Source: Eledone cirrhosa
Taxonomy: Eukaryota
Length of the DNA stretch: 64,000 nt
Direction of reading: 5' to 3'
NCBI GenBank assembly: GCA_964016885.1
Contig: OZ024744.1
Coordinates: 61,504,001-61,568,000 of the forward strand
Shown one piece after another: positions 12,561 through 25,003 of the stretch (position 1 is the first letter of the stretch; each line of letters opens with the position of its first letter). The translations under genes were made by a program, and so were the position numbers. The notes below the pieces were generated by a model. It had not been told where the DNA came from, made no database searches, and saw only the letters and a program-made list of their open reading frames with translations.

Positions 12561-14552
12561 TGTTACAAATGAGATTGTAAAGTCAATCATAAGCTGCAAA
12601 TGGTATCACTTGAATTCGAAACACTGCTCACTAGATCTAGAAAAGAAAGCGAGGAAAAACGAACAATGGATCATGTGACTGATTTGAAGCATGATGCATG
12701 GGTTTTTGTAGGTTTTACTGGAGGTAGACTATTTAAACTAGTGGAGTTTCCAATGCAGGGAGTTGGTGTGAGGTTGACAGCGTGATCAGTTGGTCTGTGG
12801 TCGGCGGCATGGTAAAGACAGTCGGTGTAAAGTCGGCGATGTGAATAATCGGTGTGAACCTGGGTGGCGAAGAACAACATTACACAAGGCATCCAGCTTG
12901 GTGTTCTAAGCAAGTTAACTAGCTGGGCAGGCTTGCGGTTTTCCAGCTGCTGACTTTAGACTGTTGGAGCCATGTAGTAGATGGAGACGACATTTGGCAA
13001 CATTTGGTGTCAGAAGAGGAAGGGAGAAGGATCAACAGCAGTTGCAAGAGGAACAACAACAGTTCAAGGAGAAGGTACATGAAGATTTACAGCAGTACAG
13101 ACGTGAAGTGAGTGCTGATGTGACATAGTGCAAGCAACATGTAGACCAACAGTTGAAACTGTTTAACAAGAGAATGGAGGCCGTAGAACAGCTTTCTGCT
13201 GCTGAGCCTCAGGCTGATGTGTAGAGAGTGTACGAAAATTATGGACATGTGCTGAGTTATGAAGATGGCCAAACCTCCAGAAGTGCTCTTTCAGGAGTGG
13301 GTGTGACTGGTGGTGGTCAGGAGGTAGTTTGGGATACTGGACTGAATCATGAGGCTCCAGTATTTAGGTCCCAATCCAACAAAGAACAAATCTGCAGTGG
13401 AGTTCGCATTAAGAAGAAGCCACAGGAATTTGAAGGCAAAGTGTCTTGGGAGGCCTACCATATCCAGTTTGAGCCGCTGGCTGACCAGGGTAGGAACTGT
13501 GAATCAGATGTATTTCTGGAGTGTTGTAAGTTGTTGGGGATTAAGAAAACCAGGACAACTCCATTGAGATCATAATTGAATGGGATGGTGGATAAGATTA
13601 ATTGGACACTAAGACAAGAACAAGACAAGTGTTGTCTAGAAGGCCAGTTGGAATGGGATTTGAAGTTACCCACTTTGTTGGTGGCATATCATTCGACAAC
13701 ACATGACACTACTGGCTATACACCTGCAAATCTGATGCTGGTCCACGAGGTGAGACTCTCAGTTGATCTGTTGATGTGAAGACCACCAGATGAATAACTG
13801 CCTAGCAAAACCTCCAGGTATGTGAAATATCTGCAAGAGAGACTGACAGAGGTACACCAACACGTTAGGGAAGCCCTGAAGTTTTCAGGTGAAATGATGA
13901 AACATCTGCATCATGCCAAGGCTAGTGGGGATAAACTTTAAGGAGGGTGATGAAGTGTGGTCTTATAATCCCCAGCAGAAGAAGGGACAAATGCCAAAGC
14001 TGCAGAGTCCATTGGAAGGACCCTATACTGTGATGAATCGTCTGTCCTATGTGACATACTGGATTCGAGGAGGCAAGAGGTCTCATCCTACGATTGTGCA
14101 TGTGAACCATCTGTGGATCTGCCCAATTCAGTTGGGTTCCCCTTGGAGGTTGGACACATCTGTTGATAAAGGTACTGGGGAGGACCAAGGAGAAGAAGCA
14201 TAAGAGCAAGACAGTCACCACATGGAAGAAGTATGAGAGGAAGAAGTAAACCAAAAAGAAAATCAAGAGACACCAAAGGAAATGGATCCAAGTGGAGAAA
14301 AACAATGTCCTTGGAAACGGCAAAGAAAAAACACTATAAGTTCAAGGATTATTTCCTGAATGATTAATAAATATTTATAAATGTGCACTTTTATTGGGTC
14401 AACGAGGGTCTAGGGAGGGGGTAGCGTTATGAAAGAGAAGTTAAAGCCAATCATCAGCTGCAAATGGTACCACTCGAATTTGAAATACTGCTCCCTAAAT
14501 CTACAAAAGAAAGCGAGGAAAAACGAACACTAGATCACGTGACTGATTTGAA
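12561..14552 (+). mobile_element. Internally deleted Gypsy LTR retrotransposon
   Basis: 5' LTR TGTTAC..GCAACA 12561-13002; PBS tggtgtcagaag; gag-like KPQEFEGKVSWEAY; integrase IKKTRTTP..NGMV..TTGYTPA and GPY/F (PKLQSPLEGPYTV); PPT agggaggggg at 14412; truncated 3' LTR 14425-14552 matching the 5' LTR. Confidence 0.88.
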
Positions 14553-14588
14553 CCCCCACTACCATCACAACTATCACCCCCCCCCCCG

Positions 14589-16257
14589 GGTGAAACTAAA
14601 TGAGATACAATTTGAGTTTGTACCAGGAAAAGGCACCACTGATGCCCTCTTCCTTGTGAGGCAGTTACAGGAAAAGTACCTAGCTAAAAATAAGCCGCTC
14701 TACCTGGCATTCGTTGATCTGGAAAAAGCCTTTGACAGAGTTCCCTGTGCTATAATCTGGTGGACTCTTAGAAAATTAGGAGTAGATGAATGGCTTGTGA
14801 AAGCTGTACAAGCCATATATAGAGGAGCAGTCAGCAAAGTAGGGTTAGCAATGACTAAAGCGACGAATTTAGCATAGAGTTGATGTACACCAGGGCTCTG
14901 TTCTTAGCCCCCTCCTGTTCATTATAGTCTTGCAGGCAATAACAGGGCAGTTTAAGACCAGATGCCCATGGGAACTCCTATATGCAGATGATCTCGCACT
15001 TATAGCTAAATCCATGGTGGAACTAGAGAAGAAATTCCAAACAAGGAAGCAGGGACTAGAAAGAGAGGGTCTCAAAGTCAGCCTGACAAAGACTAAGGTT
15101 CTTGTAAGTAAACAAGAAAACAGAACCCAGATCCCCTCAGGGAAATGGTCTTGCTCAGTATGTAGGAAAGGTGTAGGTAGGAACTCCATCCTCTGCCCCA
15201 AATGCAAACAATGGGTACACAAGAGATGGGATCTCAGGAAGTTTAACTAAGAATGTAGGCTTCATATGTAGCAGCTGCGCTGGGACAGCAAGCAGCAAAC
15301 AGCCACAGGAAACAAGCACCAACAAACTCTGGGAGGGCTCTGTAGAAACAGTAGACAGCTTCTGCTACCTAGGTGACCGAATTAGCAACGGTGGGTGTTC
15401 GGAAAGTATAATAACTAGGGAAAGAACGGGATGGAAGAAGTTCAGGGAGCTACTGTCACTGCTAGCTGCAAAAGGCTTTTCCCTCAAAATGAAAGGCAGA
15501 CTGTATGATGCGTGTATCCGAACAACAATGTTACATGGTAGTGAGACATGGGCACTGTCTGTAGAAGACTTGTGTAGATTAGAAAGAAACGAAGCTTGCA
15601 TGCTCCGATGGATATGTAATAGTAATATATGTGAATGGCAAAGCATAAATGAATTGAGAGAGAGACTGAGCATAAGAGGAATCAAATGCTGTGTGCAGGA
15701 GAGGAGGTTACGTTGGTATGGACATGTGATGCGTATAAAGGATGACAGCTGCATAAAAAGGTGCAGAGCATTAGAAGTCGATGGAAGCCGCGGAGTGTGG
15801 AGACCCAAGAAGACCTGGGATGAGGTGATAAAGGCCGACCTTACCCAATTACACCTCTCAAGGGCAATGACACACGACTGTGACCTCTGGCGTCACGCAG
15901 TAATACAGAAGACCCGACCTCCCACAGGAACAAGCCGAAGCTGAAGAATTTAGACAATATGCCCCCACCCCCACACCCACACACTGCAAAGTGGTCGTGG
16001 AGGTGCCACGGCAGAAAAGCACCCAGCCCACACTGTAAAGTGGACGTGTAGGTGCCACGGAAAAAAATCACCCAGCACTCACTGTAAATGAGGTTAGGAA
16101 GGGCATCCAGCTGTAGAAATCTAGCCAGAATCAGTTCCTGTATGAGCAAGACAAGGTCAGCCGACTAGATACTGCCCACAACAGGACAACCCGTCTAACC
16201 CATGCTAGCCTGGAAGAATGGACGTAAAATAGTGATGATGATGATGATGATGATGAC
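14589..16257 (+). mobile_element. 5'-truncated RTE LINE (family A sister subfamily) interrupting the Gypsy 3' LTR
   Basis: QF..GKGTTDA, FVDLEKAFDRV, LLYADDL, Cys-rich insert, RLRWYGHV; 3'UTR with 48-bp units; (GAT)n. Confidence 0.9.
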
Positions 16258-16579
16258 TATCTTCTACTGGCACTTCTTCACACAGCAATCATCATCCATA
16301 TGCATTACATGTTGATACCAGCACAAACCTTTTTCTTGCAAGCATAAAACTCAAAAACGAAGAACAGACGTAAAACGGTGTTGATGATGATATATATATA
16401 TATATAAGATAAGAATACTTGAGTGCGTTAGAGTTAAACACACTCGTCGTATTAGAGAAATGACAGTATAAGATATAGCTCAATGCTATCAAACAGAGCC
16501 GAAAAAAATTATATAAAAATTAACAAAGAAGCCTTAATATACTAAAAATCTTTAATTGCTGACAATGTTATATATATAT

Positions 16580-17224
16580 ATAGGAATAAGAGGGATCAGA
16601 TGCTGTTTACTCGAGAGAAGACTACGTTGGTATGGTCACGTGATGCGCATGAAAGACGACAGTTGTATAAAAAAGTGCAGGGCGATCAAAATAGACGGTA
16701 GCCATGGAGTAGGCAGACCCAGAAAAACCTGGGACGACTTGATAAAATCCGACCTCACACACTTACACCTCTCCAAGACAATGTCACTGGACCGAGATCT
16801 TTGGCGCTACACAGTAATACAGAGGACCCGCCTTGCCTAAGTGCAAAGCGCAACCTACAGTCAGTAGGCACCTCTTACCAAAATACACCCCCGTCCCACT
16901 ACCCCCACCCCATCCACACCACCCCCTTTCGATGTAAAGTTATGTTGGTACCACAACATCCAGTCCTAAATAAATGAGTTTGTGTAGGTATCACGACAAA
17001 AAAACACACAGTCCACGCTGTAATGTGGCCGTGTAGGCAACACGGTAAAAACCTCCCAGTCCCACACTGTAACTGTGGTTGGTGTTAGGAAGGGCATCCA
17101 GCTGTAGAAAACCCGCCAGACAGTCCTATACGAGCAAGACAACCACTCTTGCCTCAAGTGGGAAAATTACTGTCCAAACCCATGCTAGCGTGGAAGATGG
17201 ACGTTAAACGATGATGATGATGAT
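16580..17224 (+). mobile_element. RTE LINE family A 3' fragment
   Basis: Near-identical to 10660-11320 and 30755-31407. Confidence 0.9.
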
Positions 17225-17236
17225 ATATATATATAT

Positions 17237-17381
17237 ATATTGTTATACTTTGGGAGGGTCATGTTGCCAATAAGAAACACACGCACCAGTTGCTTTCACT
17301 TCAATTTAATAAATTGAAGTGAAAGCAACTGGTGCGTGTGTTTCTTAATGACAACATGACCCTCCCAAAGTATAACAATAT
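17237..17381. repeat. Near-perfect palindrome (72-bp arms, 1-nt centre)
   Basis: atattgttatactttgggagggtcatgttg..tcaattta-a-taaattga..caacatgaccctcccaaagtataacaatat; two mismatches. Confidence 0.9.
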
Positions 17382-17452
17382 CGGTTTCAACACACGTTTT
17401 CAGATAAAGCATCTTGCTAAACAAATTCAGAAACGAAATACATATATATGTA

Positions 17453-18047
17453 TCTAACAGAGAATGTCTGTCTGTCTGTCCCCCTAAAACTCGAGAACCA
17501 CCCAACGGATTGTTTTAAAACTTTACATGTGTAATACTTATGGTCCTGTGAGTGTTTCAAATTTTCAATGCCCTAGGGGCTGCATTAGGCGATTTAGCGA
17601 TCTCTCTCCATAATTCTTAGTCTTTCTTTTTAGATAGATACATAGATATAACGTTGCGCCCTTATAATATCTGTCTGTATGTCTGACTGTCTGCATTACG
17701 ACATTATGACGCTATATGTGTGTGTATATGTATATATAGTGTGTGTATATATATATATATAGTGTGTAACGTTTTTCGAAATATTTACTTCTGCGTTCAC
17801 AGATTGATTTTTTTAGTTTCAGAAGATCCCGTTAAGAGTGAAATCAACGATTCTTTGCTTAAACTTTAATTTGTTATTTTAATATATATATGTATATAAT
17901 TATATATTCGTGTACAGATATTTTTGCATACACAATAACAAAATATAAACAAACGTATTTATTTCACGAGGCTCGATAAGGATAAAAATATATCAAATGT
18001 ATAAGAACCCTAGAGCAAATCCCGAACAACGCCGAACCATTCTGCTA

Positions 18048-18048
<1 letters not shown>
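17453..18048 (+). mobile_element. Non-autonomous Helitron-like element
   Basis: 5' TCTA..(GTCT)n head; 3' cccgaacaacgccgaaccattctgCTAG; homologous to 35317, 44278 and 62201. Confidence 0.7.
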
Positions 18049-18126
<78 letters not shown>

Positions 18127-18259
18127 AGAGTAGGGTCTCTGATGGCTGAGCTCTTGTTGAAACGACTCTTTATAATATAACCACACTCTACTACCTTAAG
18201 TATCGAGTATTCTGTTGAGTAATGGTCTAACCAGTTTCAAACTTAATCCATCCTGATTC

Positions 18260-18416
<157 letters not shown>

Positions 18417-18988
18417 GGGAACAGAAATGCTCCAGCGCATCCCCTCACTGATATTCCTATGAAAGAGAACGCAGCGGGAGGTCATCGACCTTTGATCCCA
18501 AAATAACTAGCATTCGATAAATATGGAACGAGGACAGGAAGAGAATTTTCTGTTACAAAAGAGACGACTCCCTGGTCACTTGGCTTTTAACTTCTATGGT
18601 AATACTAATGACAGACGATAGCCTGGCACCTTCTATTTCAGCATAACACATAAAACAAAGGATCTTCAAGAAAACTTCAAAAACACGGTATTCATTTACA
18701 AATGTTTACATACAACTTTTATGGTTAGTAGTTATCATATTCCTTTTTCCCTTTCTAACTGAAGTGAAGTAAATTTTATATCTTACTGAAACTCTTATTC
18801 TGTCGTGTTTATTCACTTTCAACAACTACTAACTTTGCTTCACTTCATACACACACATACATACATACATACATATATATATATATGCAGAGGTTATATT
18901 TAATTTAAACATTTTTTATAACTGATATAAACCGTTAAGGTTGTCTTTTTTTCCGGGTATGTCAATATTTATTTATAAAACAAATCTG

Positions 18989-19054
18989 TATTTTATCTGA
19001 TGAAAGCGCACCATAATTTGCCTTGGTTGCCCTTGAAATGTGTATAATAAAATA
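18989..19054 (+). ncRNA. Minimal type-I hammerhead ribozyme (family A)
   Basis: uauuuuau-CUGAUGA-aag.cgcacca..uggu.ugc.ccuu-GAAA-ugugua-UA-auaaaaua; perfect 8-bp stem I. Confidence 0.82.
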
Positions 19055-19254
19055 AATATGGTTTTATAAATATAGTTTCCATTTATTAATATATTGTATA
19101 TATATATGTATGTATATAACCAAAGATTAGTATGGTTCGTTGATTACTCAACGAATAGTTTTACAATAGATTAGAAGCACTTAAAGAGTTTTCCTACAGT
19201 TTTTAATATTATTCAAAATATTAACAAATGAAAAATACTCGCATAATCAAAATA

Positions 19255-19323
19255 TATACTTTATTATATATATTTCAAAGGTACTGTGATGTTTTTCAGT
19301 ACGTCCTCATCAGACAAAATATA
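19255..19323 (-). ncRNA. Minimal type-I hammerhead ribozyme (family B)
   Basis: Reverse complement of 19435-19503. Confidence 0.8.
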
Positions 19324-19434
19324 TAATTTGATATATGACATACCGCTACGGTCTTGATTATTCAATTCCAGTATTGGCAGTCAATACTGGAATTGAATAA
19401 TCAAGACCGTAGCGGTATGTCATATATCAAATTA

Positions 19435-19503
19435 TATATTTTGTCTGATGAGGACGTACTGAAAAACATCACAGTACCTTTGAAATATATATAATAAAGT
19501 ATA
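19435..19503 (+). ncRNA. Minimal type-I hammerhead ribozyme (family B)
   Basis: uauauuuugu-CUGAUGA-gg.ac.guacug(aaaaacauca)caguac.cuuu-GAAA-uauaua-UA-auaaaguaua; 10-bp stem I with 2 G-U pairs. Confidence 0.82.
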
Positions 19504-19671
19504 TATTTTGATTATGCGAGTATTGTTCATTTGTTAACAGTTGAATAATATATATATAAGTTGATAAAAATGAAAACGAAATTTCATTTCTCACTCTTAG
19601 TATGGCACCTACTTAAATGTAAGTATGTATGTATACGTACATACATATATGTATACAGACGTACAGTAGCA

Positions 19672-19707
<36 letters not shown>

Positions 19708-19910
19708 CAGGTACACATACATATATGCACGCATCAGTTTAGCGGACGCTTATTATAACGCCGCTTTGTTCGTTTGTCAACAAACTGAACAGCCTGAATT
19801 TATGCCATACGGTGTTAAGGCAACCACGTCACCATAATAATTAGCTCTATGCTTTGGAGCAGAGCGTATATATGAAAAAGAACACAAGTGCGTCTACAAC
19901 ATCAAAAGAT

Positions 19911-19970
19911 TTTTATTGGCTTACAATATTTCTTCCTTACGTAACCGTAGGATTCGTCAGAGCTATAAAA
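19911..19970 (-). ncRNA. Type-I hammerhead ribozyme (family C)
   Basis: uuuuauagcu-CUGACGA-a.ucc.uacg(guua)cgua.a.gga.a-GAAA-uauug-UA-agccaauaaaa. Confidence 0.7.
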
Positions 19971-21199
19971 GGGGTTTGATTGGTGTTATGGACTCTACCA
20001 ACCAAACATTCAAGAACAAAGAGTAAAGAGAGTAAAGAGCAAAAGTAGGGGACGATAAGTCTAATTTTGGTGCGGGGGGGGGGTCCTTGTTTACTAGCTG
20101 CGGTCATATTCATTCCCAGGAGTCGGGTGGTTAGCTGAACCATAGATGGGGTGGCGTCGATAGTATGGTGCAGAGGGTGCGCAGAGGCTACACAAACACA
20201 AAGGGCGTACAATATATAAATATATATAGCGGAGGAGAAAGTACATGAGGTAATTAGAAATGGAAAAAGAGTAATAAATCTATAATTAATAGTGTATAAT
20301 AAGGCATGGGGAAGATTACACTATAATAAGGTATAAAAGTAAGAATAAGGTAAACTATAAAGGAGGATAAAAGTGGAAATAATAAAGATAAAAAAATATA
20401 TAGAGAATATATAAAGAAATATAAGCGAATATTTGGAGGGGAAAACACAATGTAAAAAAACCGATTTTTTCAAATAATAATAAAAATATAATAATTATGG
20501 GGGGAGAAAACGGGATAGAGAAATATGATCAAGTGTGATTAGTTGAGAGAATATAAGATGATAATAGTTTATACATGTCAAGTTTATACATCTTAATAAT
20601 AAATAATCTGTGTATCAGAGTTGCAGAACCTTCAATTCACTTACGGGTTCAAGCCACGTGGCATGGTCCATTGTTTATCTGTGCGGTCATGTGCGTTTGT
20701 TTTTGACACCACAGCAGATGCACAAGTTCGTAAATTCCAATGCAGATAGAAATCTATCTTTGCTCACCCGGACATTGACGGAGGATCCAATATTCCTAGT
20801 TCAATATGTGTTTGGTGTTATTTTGGTCGCACAAATCAATCACTTGGTTCAATATATGGAGTATGGTTTTCTGGTCTTCGTAACAGTGTCAGTGGTTGTA
20901 TATCTGGAAATCACAAGGATCACAGTACTCCGCTATATATATTTATATATTGTACGCCCTTTGTGTTTGTGTAGCCTCTGCGCACCCTCTGCACCATACT
21001 ATCGATGCCACCCCATCTATGGTTCAGCTAACCACCCGACTCCTGGGAATGAATATGACCGCAGCTAGTAAACAAGGACCCACACCCCACCCTCCCGCAC
21101 CAAAATTAGACTTATCGTCCCCTACTTTTGCTCTTTACTCTCTTTACTCTTTGTTCTTGAATGTTTGGTTGGTAGAGTCCATAACACCAATCAAACCCC

Positions 21200-21259
21200 T
21201 TTTATAGCTCTGACGAATCCTACGGTTACGTAAGGAAGAAACATTGTAAGCCAATAAAA
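21200..21259 (+). ncRNA. Type-I hammerhead ribozyme (family C)
   Basis: uuuuauagcu-CUGACGA-a.ucc.uacg(guua)cgua.a.gga.a-GAAA-cauug-UA-agccaauaaaa. Confidence 0.75.
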
Positions 21260-21671
21260 ATCTTTTGATGTTGTAGACGCTCTTGTGTTCTTTTTCATAT
21301 ATACGCTCTGCTCCAAAGCATAGAGCTAATTATTATGCTGCCAATACCTGAATGGGACACGGGTATACAATACCTAACTCCTATTAACCTAAGTATATAT
21401 ATATATAGTAATAATAATAAATTTGAAGACTAAAATCCAAAGAGGGCTCGATAAGGATAAATATATATCAAATATATAAGAACCGTAGAGCAAATATTTA
21501 TTAAAATAACAGATTAAAGTTTAAGCAAATAATCGTGTGTTTTCGCGTATGCTTGTGTATGTACGTATATGGATGCGTGCATGTATATATTTAATTTTTG
21601 TTGATTTCAATTACCTCTGTAATTTCTTTACATTATTCTTAACTCTGAAGCCGAGAATCATTCGATTTCCT

Positions 21672-21951
21672 AAATAGAATTTTAGTCTACGACTTCAGTT
21701 ATACCATAAACGTGGTTTTGTCTTTGCGTGTAATTGTTTGCTCGGTCCACATAATGACGTATTATCTTCGTTTTTTCCGTTCTTTGCCAGAGAACGTCTC
21801 CACGAACCACGTAATAGAATATTAGTCTACGACTTCATTTATACCATAAACATGGTTTTGTCTTTGCGTGAAATTGTTTTCACCGTTCCAAATAATGACG
21901 TATTATCTTCGTTTTTTCCCGTTCTTTGCCAGGGAACGTTTCCACGAACCA
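21672..21951 (+). repeat. Tandem duplication, ~140 bp x 2
   Basis: aatagaat.ttagtctacgacttca..ccacgaacca occurs twice, directly upstream of a Helitron-associated module (21980-22087). Confidence 0.85.
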
Positions 21952-22080
21952 AAGTATTGTCTTCCTGTCTTCCTTCGGTTGCAACGTTTTTCGAAATATT
22001 TACTTCTGCGTTCACAGATTGATTTTTTTAGTTTCAGAAGATCCCGTTAAGGGTGAAAGCAGCGATTCTTTAATCTGTTA

Positions 22081-22172
<92 letters not shown>

Positions 22173-22210
22173 ATATTAATAAATGGAAACTATATTTATA
22201 AAACCATAAT

Positions 22211-22274
22211 TATTTTATTATATATATTTCAAGAACAACCAAGGCATCTTGGTGCGCTTTCATCAGATAAAATA
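22211..22274 (-). ncRNA. Minimal type-I hammerhead ribozyme (family A)
   Basis: uauuuuau-CUGAUGA-aagcgcaccaag..cuugguuguucuu-GAAA-uauaua-UA-auaaaaua. Confidence 0.82.
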
Positions 22275-22336
22275 CAAAATTTGTTTTATAAATAGTGACA
22301 TAACTGTGGAAAACAACCTTGACGGTTGAAAATTTG

Positions 22337-22401
22337 TATTTTATCTGATGAAAGCGCACGAAGATTGCCTTGGTTGCCCTTAAAATATATATAATAAAAT
22401 A
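22337..22401 (+). ncRNA. Inactivated hammerhead (family A, GAAA>AAAA)
   Basis: Same layout as 22211-22274, but the catalytic G12 position reads A. Confidence 0.6.
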
Positions 22402-22531
22402 ATTATGGTTTTATAAATATAGTTTCCATTTATTAATATATTGAATATTTACTCCAGTAAACTGTTGAGTGCTCTATATCAGTTATAAACTTTTAAGTTT
22501 GTTGGAATCCCAACAAATTAAATATAACTTC

Positions 22532-22600
<69 letters not shown>

Positions 22601-22814
22601 GAGTTAAACGAGATTCAATGAGTACATCAAAGAATGAGTTTTACTGTAGATTGGAAGCACTCTACGAAAAATAATTTTCCAGAGTTATTAATATTAAATT
22701 ACAAATATTAATAAAAAGAACATCTATTTTATTAATATTTTTATTTTTATATATATATATAAGCGGACGTAAAATGATGATGATGATATATATATGTATA
22801 TATGTGTATATACA

Positions 22815-22910
<96 letters not shown>

Positions 22911-22912
<2 letters not shown>

Positions 22913-23854
22913 TGAGAGGTATAGAGATTGTTTTAGCAAGAAGCTAACGGCATTCTATAACATATATGCAACTATAACGTCAAGATGGGAAAAGTAGTTA
23001 ACGAAAGATTTAGGAAAAATAACTCAAACTCATCTCAAAAGAGAATCAGGATATAAATTCATCCACAGAATTTAGTAAAATCCAGGGAAAAATCTATAGA
23101 CCTTTAACTCATGATAAAATACAGTTTGAAACACTTATCCTTCAATTTGGAATAACATCAAATGCCCTGTATAGTCTTAAAAGACTATTTCATGAAAACT
23201 TTCAGTGGAGATGGTCACGGTTGGATTTCATTCATCAGCAGAGCTCAACAGAAACCAGGGCTCTCACAGTAGTATAATCCGAAAAAGGGAATTCTAAAAC
23301 TGGCTAGTTCGCCTTCATGTGTATTTATGAAAAAGCACATGAGGAAAAAACGGGGCTAGTGACGTCAGGATGGAAGTGAATGTTTATTTACAAGAAATAG
23401 CAGTCAAATACATTCTGAAAAAAACTCTACAAAGGAGTTCAGCAAAATAGCAATAATTATCACAGTTTTTATGAAAAAAACCGGGATTAGTCACAGATAG
23501 TTTAAGCACTCTAGGAAAAGAATCCGAGTATAAATATAAATGAGAGGTATAGAGATTGTTTTAGCAAGAAGCTAACGGCATTCTATAACATATATGCAAC
23601 TATAACGTCAAGATGGGAAAAGTAGTTAACGAAAGATTTAGGAAAAATAACTCAAACTCATCTCAAAAGAGAATCAGGATATAAATTCATCCACAGAATT
23701 TAGTAAAATCCAGGGAAAAATCTATAGACCTTTAACTCATGATAAAATACAGTTTGAAACACTTATCCTTCAATTTGGAATAACATCAAATGCTCTGTAT
23801 AGTCTTAAAAGACTATTTCATGAAAACTTTCAGTGGAGATGGTCACGGTTGGAT
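22911..23854. repeat. Direct repeat of ~316 bp (22911-23226 and 23539-23854), period 628 bp
   Basis: aatgagaggtatagagattg...ggtcacggttggat is present twice, near-identical. Confidence 0.9.
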
Positions 23855-23875
23855 ATATATATATATATATATATA

Positions 23876-24690
23876 TCATCATCATCATCATCATCATCAT
23901 CATACGTCCGCTTTTCCCTGCTTGCAAGGGTGGGGCGGGTTCTATTCAGCACAGCATATCTCCACTTGTCACGGTCCTTCGTCATTTCCTCCGTGAGCTT
24001 CAGCAATCTGTGGACAGCTCTCACCACCTCTGCCCATGTTTTTCGTGATCTTCCTCTACAGCGTCTTCCTTCTATTGGGATTTCTTGCCACTTCTTTACC
24101 CAGCAGCCATCCTCCATGCGCATCACATGTCCATACCATCTCAGTCTTCTCTCCTGCACACCACAACTTATCCCTCTTATACCCAGTTTCTTTCTCAACT
24201 CATCTATGCTTGGTCGTTCACGCACATTGACATTGCACATCCAACGGAGCATGCTTGCTTCATTTCTCTCCAGCCATAGCATATCCTCTGTAGTTGCTGC
24301 CCATGTCTCACTACCACGGAGTATCGTGCATGTCACACAGGCATCATATAACCGGCTTTTGTACGCAGGGAGGAACCCTTCTTTGTCAACATGCTAATCT
24401 GAACACCTAGGTACCAGAAGCTATCCACCACTTCTATAGAATCCACCTCTATTTGAAAAATGTGTCTATCACTGCGATTACTAATGTCAACTTCCCCTGT
24501 ACATCTACTGCATACGTAGTTTTCCCTACCTGTTAGTTTGCCTGCTATCCCACTACATCTCTTGTGTACCCAAGATCTGCATTGCGTACATTTTATAGAA
24601 TTTATGCCAGTTACTTTTCTTCATGGCAATTTGCCTGATGGAATCGGAGTTTTGTCCTCTTTTCTACTTAGCAACACTTCTGTCTTAGCT
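23876..24690 (-). mobile_element. RTE LINE family B 3' fragment (internal deletion near 24395)
   Basis: ORF 23830-24336 with LRGSETW, RLRWYGHV and KTW; (GAT)n tail; homologous to 33730-34600. Confidence 0.9.
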
Positions 24691-24947
24691 ATGTATATAT
24701 ATATAGGTTTAAATTTTAAAAAATAACCTTCTCGTATTTAAACACTGATTACTGTTATACGTCCGTTTATAGGTTTAGATTAAAACAAAAAAATAACCTT
24801 CTAGTTATAACTTTTTCGAGAACATTCTTCCTTCTTCTTCTCATCTACTCTGTACCCCAATGTATTGTCTATAAGCCTACAGGCCTCCCTCTCTCTCTCT
24901 CTCTCTTAGCAAGTATAAAATGAACCTGTCGGTCGTCAAAAATTTCT

Positions 24948-25003
24948 GCGTGTCCTGCAACGGATTCCCAGACTGCAATCTGGGAATCCGTTGCAGGACG
25001 CGC
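24948..25003. other. GC-rich hairpin (~25-bp stem) in a CpG-rich island
   Basis: gcgtgtcctgcaacggattcccaga-ctgcaa-tctgggaatccgttgcaggacgcgc. Confidence 0.8.

Larger units (their letters stand above)
19221..19537. repeat. Fold-back palindrome (156-bp arms, ~5-nt loop) carrying two outward-facing hammerheads
   Basis: Arms 19221-19376 and 19382-19537 are reverse complements with one mismatch seen. Confidence 0.92.
19833..21337. mobile_element. Long inverted repeat (~400-bp arms 19833-20234 and 20928-21337, ~690-bp spacer); Penelope pLTR-like, with hammerheads
   Basis: Arms are near-identical reverse complements, and each contains a hammerhead core. Confidence 0.8.
22169..22443. repeat. Fold-back inverted repeat (~113-bp arms, ~50-bp spacer) of hammerhead family A
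   Basis: Arms 22169-22281 and 22331-22443; lies between (TA)n tracts. Confidence 0.88.

Noticed and set aside
18119-18178. CUGAUGG..GAAAC inside a short inverted repeat (tataaagagt..actctttata)
   Set aside because: Core mismatch and helix topology do not fit a hammerhead; at most a decayed relic
20610-21068. 152-aa ORF in the inverted-repeat spacer
   Set aside because: No recognisable motif, non-ATG start, and it runs into the repeat arm; insufficient support
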